A stretch of DNA of 64,000 nt from an uncultured Candidatus Peribacteria bacterium (GTDB lineage: Bacteria > Patescibacteriota > Gracilibacteria > Absconditabacterales > Absconditicoccaceae). The stretch's first letter is position 1, and every line of letters starts with the position of its first letter. The notes beneath the pieces are model-generated. The model had not been told where the DNA came from. It worked only from the letters and a program-made list of their open reading frames with translations, and did no database searches. Where the stretch lies: assembly GCA_964403415.1 (NCBI GenBank), contig CAYOFF010000001.1, positions 69,834 through 133,833 of the forward strand. Reading direction: 5' to 3'. Positions 36,320 to 47,695 of this stretch are shown here, piece by piece. The translations under genes and the position numbers were made by a program.

Positions 36320-36399
36320 CTGTGCCCGTGTGTAGTGTTTTTCCGCCAAAACGCAACGCAAAAGATTGCAATATCATAAAAAATCCCAATAGTCAACCC

Positions 36400-37890
36400 A
36401 TGACCTCGACACACATACCCTTTGAACTTCGTATTCATCTTGATGAGGCTGGACGCTGACCTCTTGCCTGACCTGTATACGTAGGGGCTATAGCCTCCTT
36501 GCGTGCTTTTGATAAAGCTGGGTTTAGAGACTCCAAACAACTCAGCGCCTCCCAGAGAGACGTTTGCTATAGTAAGATACAGGCACATGCTACCTCTGGG
36601 GATATTTCCTTCTGATCGGGATCAGCATCGGCAGAAGAAATAGACAAAGGCGGTATTATGCAAGCGCTACATCTTGCTTCGCTTCGCTCTATTTTGCAGC
36701 TTATTGCTCATTATTACAACATGCATTGGAGAGCAGCCCTCATTTCATCATCTCATGGTGAAGATCTTTTGGCCCAGCTTTTGTTTGATCGTCTATACAG
36801 CATTATCCAAGAGCATCTGTATCAGCTCTCTGCGTATGATCTTGCGGAGATTATTCGTTCGTTCTTTTCTGCCCCACAGACCCATCTTGTCTTTTCAGGA
36901 ATTATTTTGGATGGAAATCACACTTTTGGGCTTGATCGTTCGCTATGATGCCATGTAACCACCATCATCAAAGGCGACCAAAAAAATCCTCTCATTTCTA
37001 TGGCCTCGATTGTCGCCAAAGTCGAAAGAGATCACTATATGGAGCAACTCCACACTAAGCTCAGCATCTATAAATTTGAGAAGCACAAATGATACGGCAC
37101 CGCCTACCACAGACAACTTATACAAGCACATGGCCTTTCTCCTGAACACAGATATCTTTTTTGCACTAACATCCTCACAAAAAAAAGAAAATTTCCCAAA
37201 AAGCACTCCAATCTTCACTCTCTTTCTTCCCTCCTCGCAGAACAAGCCCCTACCAAGCCCTGATTATTATTACACATTTGCTGCTGACCTGATCTTACTT
37301 GGCCATTGCACCGACTAAAAAATCACTTCAAGCTCTATCTCTTTCGATATAACCCCAATATTCACCCCCGTAAAGAGCACGATAAGCGCTATGAGCAGTT
37401 TATAAGACTTGTTTGACTCGAAAAATGAGATTATGAAATTGTGGAGGATCGATACGAACCCAAAGAGTTTTTTGATGCTATGTATGAGAAGAAAGAGCTT
37501 ATTCATAACGACATCAAAGATGCCGACTACAAAACTGTTCTCAAAAAAGCATGAGAGATGGAAGAGCGATCCGATAGGTGTAATCCTTGCTATCTCATGA
37601 GGCTTGAACAAGCAGCAAAAAATGCCGTCAAGCACACTATCCCCTATTTTACTAGTACCCTACTCATTTCTCCCAAAAAGAAGATGGATAAGCTCTATAG
37701 GCGATGACTTGCGTCAGAGAAGCTGCATCCTGGCACCAAATTTCTTCGATTCGATTTCATCAAAAATGACTGATACAAAAAAGCTTCTGAACTCACCAAA
37801 CAACATGGGCTTCGAAGACAAAATTACTGCGGCTGTGGCTGGACGATTCCTAAGCCAGGAGAAAGGAGAAGTGGATATGTTTGATGATAA
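36400..37890 (+). CDS. rnhB/queH: In-frame fusion of RNase HII (aa 1 to about 265) with epoxyqueuosine reductase QueH/DUF208 (aa about 290-496)
   Basis: RNase HII: DEAGR[G]PLA[G]PV, DSKQLS, IKGDQKNPLISMASIVAKVERD, HK[G]YGTAYH, HRYLF. After a roughly 30-aa basic linker come QueH motifs LLLHICC[G]P, RYNPNIHP, RCNPCYLMRLE, FTSTLLISPKK, FIKND[G]Y, RRQNYCGCGW. There is no TAA/TAG and no ATG/GTG/TTG between the two halves. TAA at 37888-37890. Confidence 0.75.
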
Positions 37891-37910
37891 GACAATTGAT
37901 GATAAGATAA

Positions 37911-38213
37911 CTACTGGGGAAGGGCTTCTTCGCATTGCTTGCATTTTTTTTTGTGTTTTTTTCATCGTTCGACAATTGTCGACGTTGAAAGTCCTGTTTC
38001 TTTGGATAAGGTTCTAGCGTCTGTATGCTGATGTACGTATCTGTATGCTATTTTTTGCTTGAACATCTCATCGTATGTATCTCTAGATCCGCCTACAGAA
38101 AAATGATCTCCACAATCTGTACATTTGTAACGCTGACCTCCGCTTGGTAGTTGCCCGTTTTTTTGGAGATGGTCTGAACGGCAGGAGATACATGCGAGCC
38201 CTTTGTTTTGCAT
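37911..38213 (-). CDS. Orphan IS1-InsA-like zinc-ribbon/HTH protein (100 aa)
   Basis: CISCRSDHLQKNGQLPSGGQRYKCTDCGDHF matches the InsA/COG3677 zinc-ribbon pattern, followed by an HTH-like ...ARTLSKETGLSTSTIVER. No transposase catalytic ORF or terminal inverted repeats were found nearby. Confidence 0.55.
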
Positions 38214-38403
38214 AACAGTCCTGTAATATAGGTAAATTTATTCTCTCCCAGGGATCTTACTTTTTTATGTAGATTTTCCGTCCAATCTCAAGATCGCTTC
38301 CTCATGATCAGCACACATCTTTTGTCACAATTCTTCTACTCGATCGTATACTAGGTTGTAGGCCGCTTTCTGTTTTATTTGTCTAGCACTGTCCACTTCT
38401 TCC

Positions 38404-39834
38404 ATGCGTATCCCTGAGTACTTCAAGCATATCCAGTCTATTACGCTTTCACCGATCGAGCGCGTTCAGCTCTATCAGCGTTTTTTGGATAAGATGTGAC
38501 GCATGATTCTGTGGAAACGTTGGATGACCTATGCTAGATATACTTCTGTAACAGTTGGATCTGCAGCATGCATTATCTTAGTCACATGATATATTACTAG
38601 AAACAACTGATCACTCTACCAACTCGCTTCTGACAATGGCATCTATATGTCTTACCAAAAATCTCCTGGTATGTATGCTGAAGCAATGTCTCTCGGCGCG
38701 ATTTTGCATGCTCAGTGAGACATTATTCTTTCTAAGGATGGCCAGAAAATCGACGCCAACCAAATAGCCAACAACGAAAAAATTATTCTCCAGGAGTGAG
38801 CTACTCTTGAATTTCTCATCAACAAGACGACCAAAGCAAAAATTACATGACCCGCTGCTTTCGAACTTCAGGACCTTGGTGAAACCAATAATATGCGCGA
38901 TATAGCCATCAATCTTGTCTATGGAGACTACTTGGAAGTACATACACAGCAGCCCGTCATTTCTGATGGTACTCAGCCCGATAATATCGACGCTTCTACA
39001 CCTACGGACAACATTATTATCAAGACCAAAACCTTCGAAGTCAAGAGACTTCGTAGCTGAGATACTATAGATCTTGTCATCAAAAAAGACGATAGCGATC
39101 ATCATACTATAGAAAATAATGGATGAGAGCTTATTGTAGAAAAATTTATCCAAGACAAAAAAGTTTTTACATCTGTCAAGACCGAGCAAGTCGTTGCTGT
39201 GGGAGATGATGTCACACTACTCGCCGACCAAGCTAAACTCCTCTCTACTGCGATCACCAATGAGGCTATTAGCACACGCTATGCTCTTGACAGCGGTATA
39301 GATAGCGCATGACCTACGGTAAATACCGCAAGCATTGCCGCTGGTGACACACCAGCAGATGTTGTTCTTTTGAGTCCTAGCAAACAAGTCGTTACTGAAG
39401 AGCAGACCGTCCGCCTAGATAGCCTTCTTTCTCCTTCTCAACTTATGAACTCCGTTGAGTGACTTGTAGTTGCAGTACTCAACAACACCCCCGGAGAAGC
39501 TACTACGGATGCTGCCGCAATTGCCTCTAGAGTAAGAGGTGTTTACGATGTTTTTGGTATCTCACTTGATAGTCAGGTCGTATGATATTACAACAAAAAT
39601 AGCCTCTCCATCAAAGAGCTTACACTTATTACAGATCAACTTATGGCGAAGATTGACGCTAACTACTACGTCGGTCCTACATATACCAAGAGACTCAAGT
39701 GACTCTTAGCATGGTTTCTCTTTTTGGAGACCGCCACTCCTGTGTCGAATAATACATGAGCTTCCCTCACTTTTGACGAACTCGTAGATCGCTACAATCT
39801 TGCTAAATTTCAAGGATATCTTCTCCTCAAGTAA
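38404..39834 (+). CDS. Hypothetical single-pass membrane protein (476 aa). A FecR-like beta domain is suspected.
   Basis: Frame 1 is open from ATG 38404 to TAA 39832-39834 with TGA=Gly; every line was checked. TM helix YTSVTVGSAACIILVT[G]YI. The antisense track ORF 38611-39189 is a shadow. Confidence 0.65.
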
Positions 39835-39923
39835 ACATCCTAAGCAAATACCCATAGCATCTTTTTATGACTTCACTATAGAGAGTAGTTGGTTTTTTTG
39901 TTTTTGTTTCTCCTCTTGAACCC

Positions 39924-41366
39924 ATGTCTCTCTACCTCAAATATCGCCCAAAAACACTTGAAGACATTGTCGGTCAGGCACATATCACGGACATTCTTCA
40001 TGCGCAGGCGGCTCATCAACATTTTTCCCAGAACTACCTCCTCTATGGACCCAGAGGCACATGAAAGACATCTACAGCCAGAATTATCGCAAAACTCATT
40101 AACTGTACTACGTTTAGAAGCGATGGGACACCGGATCTTCTTAATGATCCATTGGCCCAACTCATTGATACATCGAGAACACTTGATATTGTTGAAATTG
40201 ATGCTGCTTCTCACACTGGCGTAGATAATGTAAGAGAAGAGATTATTGAAAAAGCCCCTTATCCTCCGACAGCACTCAAACAAAAAGTCTATATCATTGA
40301 CGAAGTTCATATGCTCTCCAAGGGTGCATTTAATGCGCTTCTCAAGATTATGGAGGAACCGCCCAAATATCTTACGTTCATACTAGCCACTACAGAGCTA
40401 CACAAGGTACCCGAGACAATTATTTCCCGCTGCCATGTGTTCCAGTACAAAAAGATCGGTATCCCAGATATCACTGCTAGGCTCAGTCATATAGCGTCAC
40501 TTGAAGATATTCAGACTACTCCTGGGTGAATTCACCTTCTAGCAAAAGTAGCCTGATGATGACTTCGTGACGCCGTCAAGTATCTCGAACAGATAAGTCT
40601 TTCTGGGGTCGTGGATGAAGAACATGTAACACGCTACCTATGACTAGCCTCTGATGAACAAGTTCGCTCTTTCTTTACTCTTGCCCAACAACGCGATCTT
40701 CCTCAGCTCATAGCCTTTATAGATAGCCTTAGTCACCTTTGAACAGATCTTCTTCAGTATACCAAATCCTTAGTTTTTTTTGCTGATGAACACTTTCTAC
40801 AAGACCCAAAGACGTGTTCGGATCTTATTCAGATGGCTGAATATATCTTAGCAAAAAGTAAATATACACCTTCTCTCAGTGCCTTGTATAAAGCTGCTGT
40901 CTTCCATACTATCGGACACCAAGCCACTGTGCACCAAGCAGCTACACCACAGACAGCGACACCTAAAACAACACTAGAGAGACCGGAATCGCAACCAGTA
41001 GCACCCATATCTATGGATTCGACGGATATTTCTTTGGATACTTCGACTGTTGTAACTGATAGTGCCCCGGAGAACAGTTCACCACAAACATGATCATGAA
41101 CCAACAACAACGATGTCTTACTCAAGGTCATCGCACACATCAAAAACCCTATGATTTCCTCTATTTTGAGACAACATACACATCTCCAACGCTACCAGGA
41201 CAACGTAGTACATCTTATTGTTGTCAATGAAAACTATCATCAGCTCCTTCTCAAACCAGAAACTATGCATCAGCTCGAGCAAGCATTTTCTACTGTGTAT
41301 GAGTCTCCCACGACCGTAGATTGTATGTATATGTCCAAACAGGATTTTGTGGATAGTCAATTCTAG
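39924..41366 (+). CDS. dnaX: DNA polymerase III subunit gamma/tau
   Basis: KYRPKTLEDIVGQ, Walker A GPRGT[G]KTS (TGA at 40062-40064), IVEIDAASHTGVDNVRE, Walker B VYIIDEVHMLS, SRC-type ISRCHVF, [G][G][G]LRDA. TAG at 41364-41366. Confidence 0.9.
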
Positions 41367-41370
41367 GTCT

Positions 41371-43785
41371 CTAATTATCTATAGCATCACGGGCCGTCTC
41401 TAAATAGTGATCTATTTTCTTAATAATTTCAAATACATCCTCTTGAGTTAATGCTCCACGATCTGGAGATAATACTTTGTCCTTCGTTTGTTGAGCCTTG
41501 AGAGAGGATGCTTTTGCATATATCGTCGCTGTTTCATTGTTTATAATGCTTGCCTCGTAGAGAATGTCACGAGCTTCTTCCTGCTGTTTTTCAAGTTTGA
41601 TCACGAGCTCGTCTCGTGTATAGAGCGACGCCGCGTCAGCTCAAGATACTTCTACTGGATCTCCCCCTATACCTGTTCCATCATTTCATGCATCTTCTCA
41701 TGAAGTCGCCCCATCATCAGGTCACGGTATCTGCTCTCATGTATTTTCTCATGTTCATAGATCTCATCGTCACAACGTGTCATCTCCTGTCGACTCTATC
41801 GCCCCAGATGTTCCTATTATCGGCTCTACATCTCATGTTTGAGTTTTTGAGATTCACAACATATCACGTACAATTGTCAACGGTGAATTCTCCAAAGAGA
41901 ACATTGTTGTGAAAATAACACCCACACCACTTAGGAGAATAAGCAATATCACCAAACGAACCCAAATTGCTTTGGCATGAGATGGTTGCGGTATGACGAT
42001 TTGTTTTCACTCAGTTGCTGTTGCATCCAGTATCCCTTCTATTGTCGTTGGTTTCACAATAGTTGACTTTGGAGTTACGCCTTTTTGAGACTCTTGAGAG
42101 AGATCTTCCTGCGCTTCTGCTGGCTGAGAAAGTGTATCTAAGTCGATGGCTGAAGAATCCTGCATCTCTGGAGTTGAGTTTTCCCTTATTTCTATTTCTT
42201 GCTGAGCACCTGACTCCAATTCTAGTTCAGGCTTTGATCCTAACACTAGTCCCTCCTCTGGTTCGGATTTTGATTCTAACACTAGCTCCTCCCCTGGTTC
42301 AGATTTTTGCTCAACTTCATATGCCTCCTGCGCTTGCCCCTGGATTATCTCTGGAATCTGATTTACACTTAATTCTTGTTCATCTACTGCTTCTTGCTCA
42401 CTAGTTGCATCATTCTCCGTTTGTTTTTCACTGTTTACTTCCAGATCATACTGTAAATCACCATGAAATAGTGGATCCTGACTGGATTTGTCATCAAATT
42501 GATTTGACAAAACCTCTCCCTCTGCAGACTGTGACGTCTCACCTCATCTGTATTCTATACTTTCTTCTTGTTGTACCGCATCCTGATTGATTCCTCCTCA
42601 TCGATAAGAAGCGAGATTATCCTGTAGATTATCTTGTGTTCATGATTCATCCACAACCTCTGGCATTTCGTTGGAAAAATCATCTGACAAGGACTCATCA
42701 TCGGAGGTTTCTGAGGCTTGATCAGCCTCGTCCAAAGCTTCTGCTACCGGTAAATCCTCCTGCTCCTCCTCCTGTACCTCCTCCTGTACCTCCTCCTGCG
42801 CTTCCTCCTGTACTTCCTTATCTTCGACAACCAACTCTTCTTGTACCTCTTGTTTTTGCTGAGATTCCTCTTGTTCTTCTTGCTTTTGCTGTATCCATCC
42901 CTCTGGAGCATCTGGCTCTGTTGTCTCTGACGGGGTATCCTGTTCTTTTCTTATTTCTGGCAGTTCACTCTCTGCCAATATTGATTCCGTAGTCTCCTCG
43001 CTCGCCGCCTCTAATGGATGTGACTGTTGTTCTCACTCGCTACTAAACTCACCTACTACTAGAGGATCTGACAAATTCGTACCTCATCACTTTCCGTGAC
43101 GAATCGCATTCATTTGCTTCGTCAATTCTTCTGGAGATCAAATCACCCAAACATCTAACGGATCACCGTCTGGCGACTTTAGTGTTGGATGCTCCATCAT
43201 TTTAAGCTCTACATCGTAGATATGGTTTCCATTTTTCACATATGGTTTCCCTTTCTCTCTATTTGCAGGGTCTGGTCGTAGATCTACAGGAGCATGAGCT
43301 ACATCAAATACTAGCTTGTGATCACCCTTTGCATGCGGAACAACTGCATAGACTCCGGGGACTTGACGCAGATTCACTCCATCTGCAGAATATATACCAT
43401 CTTGGACTTTTGTATATTCCGTTTGTTGTTTCTTCTCTCTTTTCTTTTGTTCAATATATGCATGAATATCATCAATACCCTTAATCGTCGGATCCATAAC
43501 ATGGGCAACAGAACTTGCTTTTTCCTGAAATTTTTGTTGTAGACTTTCTGATAATGGGACTTCTTTTTTTTCTTTCTGAATTACAGGGTTTTCCGACTCG
43601 TTCGTATTTTTTTCCGAGACAGTCGATCACTCTTGAATCTCATCCAAATTTACAGAAGAAAATATGTTCACAAAAGCATCTCAAGCAGCATCTACTTGAT
43701 TTTTATTGTTTTCCCCCGTTTCCGTATCTCCTCCACTAGCTCATGGGACGGGAGGTATAGGTCCTGCATTTTTGGCGTCTGTCAT
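41371..43785 (-). CDS. Hypothetical 804-aa protein with a long acidic Glu/Gln-rich low-complexity centre and one TM helix
   Basis: Track fragments 43497, 42978, 42510 and 41604 share frame 0; gaps checked. ATG 43785-43783, TAG 41373-41371. Repeats such as EEVQEEVQEEEQED. TM helix IWVRLVILLILLSGVGVIFTTMF. Confidence 0.65.
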
Positions 43786-43910
43786 GTAACACGTGATCAA
43801 ACAAAATGTACCAAAAGTATAGGCAAATAGTGGGGTTTTGTCAAATTCTTTCTTCTAATATTCAGTCTTTCTCGGTTGCTTTTTTTGACAAAAACGTGAT
43901 AGATGTTCTC

Positions 43911-44918
43911 ATGACACTCTTTCAGTCACCTCTTCGAAAAACTATTTCACAGGAGATTTACAAAAAATCTCTTTTTGAGGTTTCTATTGAAGGAAAACCC
44001 TATCGAGGTGTGGCAAAATTCATGAAACGTTTTGGCGCTAGAACCGCTCGATATATGGTTCATGGGGTAGAATTCTCCAATACCGACGCATTTTCTCCCG
44101 ACCTAGCAGAAAGTATAGCTAGACTCAAAAGAGACCTCAATCATCACTGGTGAGATATCTTTGTGCAGTTAGGTATAACAAATATCCTAGACGCTCGCCC
44201 TACAGCCGACGTAAAAATAGCAGAAAATAGCCAAGAAATTACAAAAAAACACATGTATCAAGCATCTGATCTTCTTCAACGATATAGTATGCGCCCCTCT
44301 TGGAGGGAACATATGCCACAGGCCACTATTATTTTTGATCTTTCTCAGCCCGTACAATACATCTTGGATGGATTTTCTACTTCCGGAAAAAGATTTCTAA
44401 AAAAGGCCGAGAAAGAGGATCTTTCATTCGAGATTGCATCCAACCCAAGCGATCGAGAGGCATTCTATAGAATACGGTACACTATGTCATTTGACAAAGA
44501 CTTCAACATTATCTCACTTGAGACCTTCATGCAGCTTATGAACTATCTTGAGAGTACACATCAGGGAGCATTATTCCTCTGCAAGAAGAATTGAGCGATT
44601 GTCAGTGGCAGTCTCTGCCTCTTTTTGGGCGCATCTCTTATTTACCTCTACGGAGCCACAAATAGGCAATGGGGGGATATTTGATGACACTACTGGCTTA
44701 CTACCAAGATTATAGAATGGGCCCATGATCAGCATGTTTATACCAGTTTTGATCTTCTTGGGGTCTCAGCAGCACGAGATCATGAGCATCACCACCTTCA
44801 GTGAGTTACTAGATTTAAACAGGCGTTTGGAGGGACAACCGTCTCGTATGTTGGGAATTACGACATTATCTTCAACCCACTTCTCTATACGTGATTCTCC
44901 CGATGGAAGAAAAAATAA
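43911..44918 (+). CDS. FemAB-family peptidoglycan interpeptide-bridge aminoacyltransferase (FemX/MurM-like)
   Basis: MTLFQSPL..., ...LIYLYGATN..., L[G]VTRFKQAFGG. 335 aa from ATG 43911, TAA at 44916-44918. An upstream in-frame ATG at 43806 is possible but looks non-coding. Confidence 0.7.
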
Positions 44919-45028
44919 ATCCACATTGCGAACCGCCATCAACACGCCGCGCATACTATTCTTTATAAGACAATATATTATCTAATAATTCTATCACTCC
45001 GTGATAACGATAGGTTTGCGGATTTTAC

Positions 45029-45056
45029 TGTAAAAAAATTGTAAAAAAATTGTAAA
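45029..45056 (-). repeat. Three 11-bp-spaced copies of the TTTACA motif in inverted orientation
   Basis: TGTAAA starts at 45029, 45040 and 45051 (CTGTAAAAAAATTGTAAAAAAATTGTAAAAGG). Confidence 0.8.
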
Positions 45057-45180
45057 AGGATATTACGTGGTCATCCAAAGGGCCAAAAGGTCTCAAACCC
45101 CAAAAACAAAACCACCCAAACCACTCATCCATTGTCACCTACCAAGGGACAAGGAACGAAATAAATCTATGGAAGACGGT

Positions 45181-45231
45181 TGAGGGATAACAAAGATCTA
45201 TAAACAGCTTATATATCTTTGTTATCCCTCA
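45181..45231. repeat. Perfect 17-bp inverted repeat with a 17-nt spacer
   Basis: TGAGGGATAACAAAGAT (45181-45197) and ATCTTTGTTATCCCTCA (45215-45231). Confidence 0.9.
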
Positions 45232-45251
45232 CGGCAGGGTATCCTTGCATA

Positions 45252-45288
45252 AGTCTTCCAACTCAATTGGAAGACTGTACGCATGCGT
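45252..45288. repeat. 10-bp-stem hairpin followed by a 10-bp perfect palindrome
   Basis: AGTCTTCCAA-CTCAA-TTGGAAGACT (45252-45276), then ACGCATGCGT (45279-45288). Confidence 0.9.
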
Positions 45289-45500
45289 TACAGTCTTTTC
45301 TTTTTACACTTTTTTTACAAAGACTTTACAGCGCTTTACATATTTTTTACAGCTGCTTTACATTTTCTTTACAGTATTTTACATTTTTTATACACTCACT
45401 TTACAGTAACTTTACAAAAAAATATATACTTTACAGTATTTTTACAATTATTTTACATTTCTTTTACACCTCTTTACAGAAATTTTACAGCAGCTTTACA
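45287..45500 (+). repeat. Array of 18 TTTACA(G/A/T/C) motifs, plus one degenerate copy, phased at 10-11 bp
   Basis: Motif starts: 45303, 45314, 45325, 45335, 45346, 45357, 45368, 45378, 45389 (TATACA), 45400, 45411, 45430, 45441, 45452, 45463, 45473, 45484, 45495; GTTACA at about 45288. Spacings: 11,11,10,11,11,11,10,11,11,11,19,11,11,11,10,11,11. Confidence 0.9.
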
Positions 45501-45554
45501 ATAAAGCTTTTTATGTCCTCTCTTCCGCCCCTTCTTTGTATATACTTACTCTAT

Positions 45555-46655
45555 CTAATTGACTAATAACTCTTTCATAATTTTTGTATACGTCTTTTTT
45601 ATTGGATCTTGAGATGAGATATTTCGACTTTTTTTATACCCAATATGCTGTTCCAAAAATCTTTCTATACCCTTCTCCATATCATTGTTTTGCTCTATAC
45701 AAACATCTCAGTAGTGCACTTCGTACCGTCTTGCGTTTCACAGTTGGTGGTTTCCTCCTGTAAATGGTGTTGGAACAATGCAGGATTTTATGCCAAACAG
45801 TTTTTGTTCCGCCAGAGAGGTCACCCCTCCGCGCGTAATAGCTATGTCTGCATTTTTGTACAACATACCCATTTTTGCCGGTGAAAGATACTCATAAGTG
45901 AAAACATTTGGATATTCCGAAAAAACTTCTTTGTATTGCATATTTTTGGTCCCCAGTGTTACTATAAACTGGAAGTTGTGAGACCATACTCATGTCCTGT
46001 CCCATATTTTCTTCATAGCATCAAAGAGGGCGCCAGCTCATTGGGATCATCAAAGAACAAGTACAACTGTTTTATCTGTCTTTTTAGGTTCAACAAAATC
46101 TCTCGGCGGGTCCTCCCACAGTTGAAGAGAAAGTATTTGTCCCACATGCTCGCTCTTTCACTTATATTTCTCTCACTGGTGTTCAAATCATGTAAATACC
46201 TTTGATGCAAACGGATATAATAGGCGATTTGCCAAGCCTGGAAACAGATCGGACTCATGAATAACAACTTTTATTCAAAGCACCCATGCCGCAAAACACA
46301 CAGGAAATGAAACATATCCTCATTTACCGAAGACAACATCTATTTTATGTCTCCTGAGCTCCCATCGTGCGCATCCAATACCCATACCCACGTTTAACAT
46401 ATCTTTTATATTCTGCCACATCACCCTTAGTCCCCAGTATCTCCTTATTTTACCTACTGGAATCTCGACAAAATGCACCCATGAAATCTCCTCGCAAGCC
46501 TTTTGTTCTAGGGAGTTTCCCTCCCCAAACCAGTATATGTCATTGCATTTTGACATAAATTCATTAGAGGTATGCACGTAGTTGAGAAGTGAGACAAGCG
46601 GCGTTATATGCCCACCAGATCCTCATCAGGCTACCGCTATCGTTGTTTTTCTCAT
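45555..46655 (-). CDS. murG: UDP-GlcNAc:MurNAc-(pentapeptide)-PP-undecaprenol GlcNAc transferase
   Basis: IAVA[G][G]GSGGHITPL, [G]GYVSFPVCFAA, IHESDLFPGLANR, VLVL[G][G]SQ[G]AG, ITRGGVTSLAEQ, GGNHQL[G]NA. ATG 46655-46653, TAG 45557-45555, 366 aa. Confidence 0.9.
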
Positions 46656-46701
46656 TATTATACCGTCTCTACTAAAAACCTTTTGCCTGCATACCTATTT
46701 T

Positions 46702-46779
46702 GGTCGATTAGCTCAGCTGGTCGAGAGCGCCACATTGACATTGTGGAGGTCAGTGGTTCGAATCCACTATCGACCACCA
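46702..46779 (+). tRNA. tRNA-Val (anticodon GAC)
   Basis: GGTCGATTAGCTCAGCTGGTCGAGAGCGCCACATTGACATTGTGGAGGTCAGTGGTTCGAATCCACTATCGACCACCA. Full cloverleaf with encoded CCA. Confidence 0.9.
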
Positions 46780-46922
46780 GATTAGCATCAAAGCCCTATT
46801 TCAACATATTTTCTTCTCATTTCTTTAGGCAAACATCAGCGCCTTGTCTCTCCGTAGGGGCAATTTTTTTGTGGGAGCATTCTGCGCGCATTCTATCTAA
46901 GATCATTACAAAGACAACGCCT

Positions 46923-47624
46923 ATGTGAGCCCTCTCTTCTATTTTTGATACCATTTTTCCTATACAGTGCGTTTTGTGCCAAGATTATGGGGCATATCTT
47001 TGTCGTAGCTGCAAAAAAACACTAGAAGTCCATCCGCCCCTCTGTCCCATTTGCTATCACCCCTCCCCTCATTACCAGACATGTTCTAAATGCATGCGTC
47101 AAAATCCCCTCAAATGATGCATTATAGGATTTTGATATTGATGAGCTATCAAAAAAATGATTCACCTCCTCAAATATAAGCATATCTCTACCGCCTCCAT
47201 CTTTCTTGCAAATCAACTTGCCTGGCATCTTCGCTCCCATCCTCTTATCTCTACCAAAGACACTCCTGTTCTTCTCTGCCCTATACCAACCCACCGACGA
47301 AAAGTTCTTCTCAAAAGAGGCTACGATCACATAAAACTTCTCACTAAGCAAATTTCTATAGATTGTACCATTCCAGAACAATTTCTCCTTACAAAATCTC
47401 GCTTTACTCGTAGCCAGGTAGGGCTTTCTAGGCAGCAAAGATATCATAATCTCTCCTGATCGTTTCAAATTACCTCTTGAACATCTCTCATTTGAAATGA
47501 GACAATTCTTCTTGTAGACGACCTCTTCACCAGTTGAGCAACACTTGTCACAGCAGCGAATACACTACTCGCTCGTCGACCTACTTTACAAATATGGGGC
47601 CTTGTTGTGAGTAGGCACATATAA
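46923..47624 (+). CDS. comFC: ComF-family protein (ComFC-type phosphoribosyltransferase with N-terminal zinc finger)
   Basis: CVLCQDYGAYLCRSC...CPICYHP...CSKC; PIPTHRRKVLLKRGYDH; SQVGLSRQQR; PRT motif ILLVDDLFTS[G]ATL. TAA at 47622-47624. Confidence 0.8.
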
Positions 47625-47695
47625 TAAAACTGAGGATTTTTTTCTTTCTATCAAGCCATTTGTACACTTTTGTCCATCTCTTGTCTACATCGTCT

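Noticed and set aside
38611-39189. A 192-aa minus-strand ORF.
   Set aside because: It is antisense to the continuous table-25 ORF 38404-39834 and shows no motif.
40440-40460. Programmed -1 frameshift site in dnaX (A AAA AAG type).
   Set aside because: The only candidate is TAC AAA AAG, which lacks the slippery first A and has no downstream hairpin.
45287-45500. CRISPR array.
   Set aside because: The repeat unit is only 6-7 nt with 4-5-nt variable spacing (period 10-11 bp). There are no spacers of 25-40 bp and no cas genes in the window.
45219-45566. Track ORFs 45219-45566 and 45283-45504, read as Phe/Tyr/Leu-rich membrane proteins.
   Set aside because: They lie entirely in the 11-bp repeat array. 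The period is not a multiple of 3, two frames are open simply because the motif lacks stops, and there is no start context.
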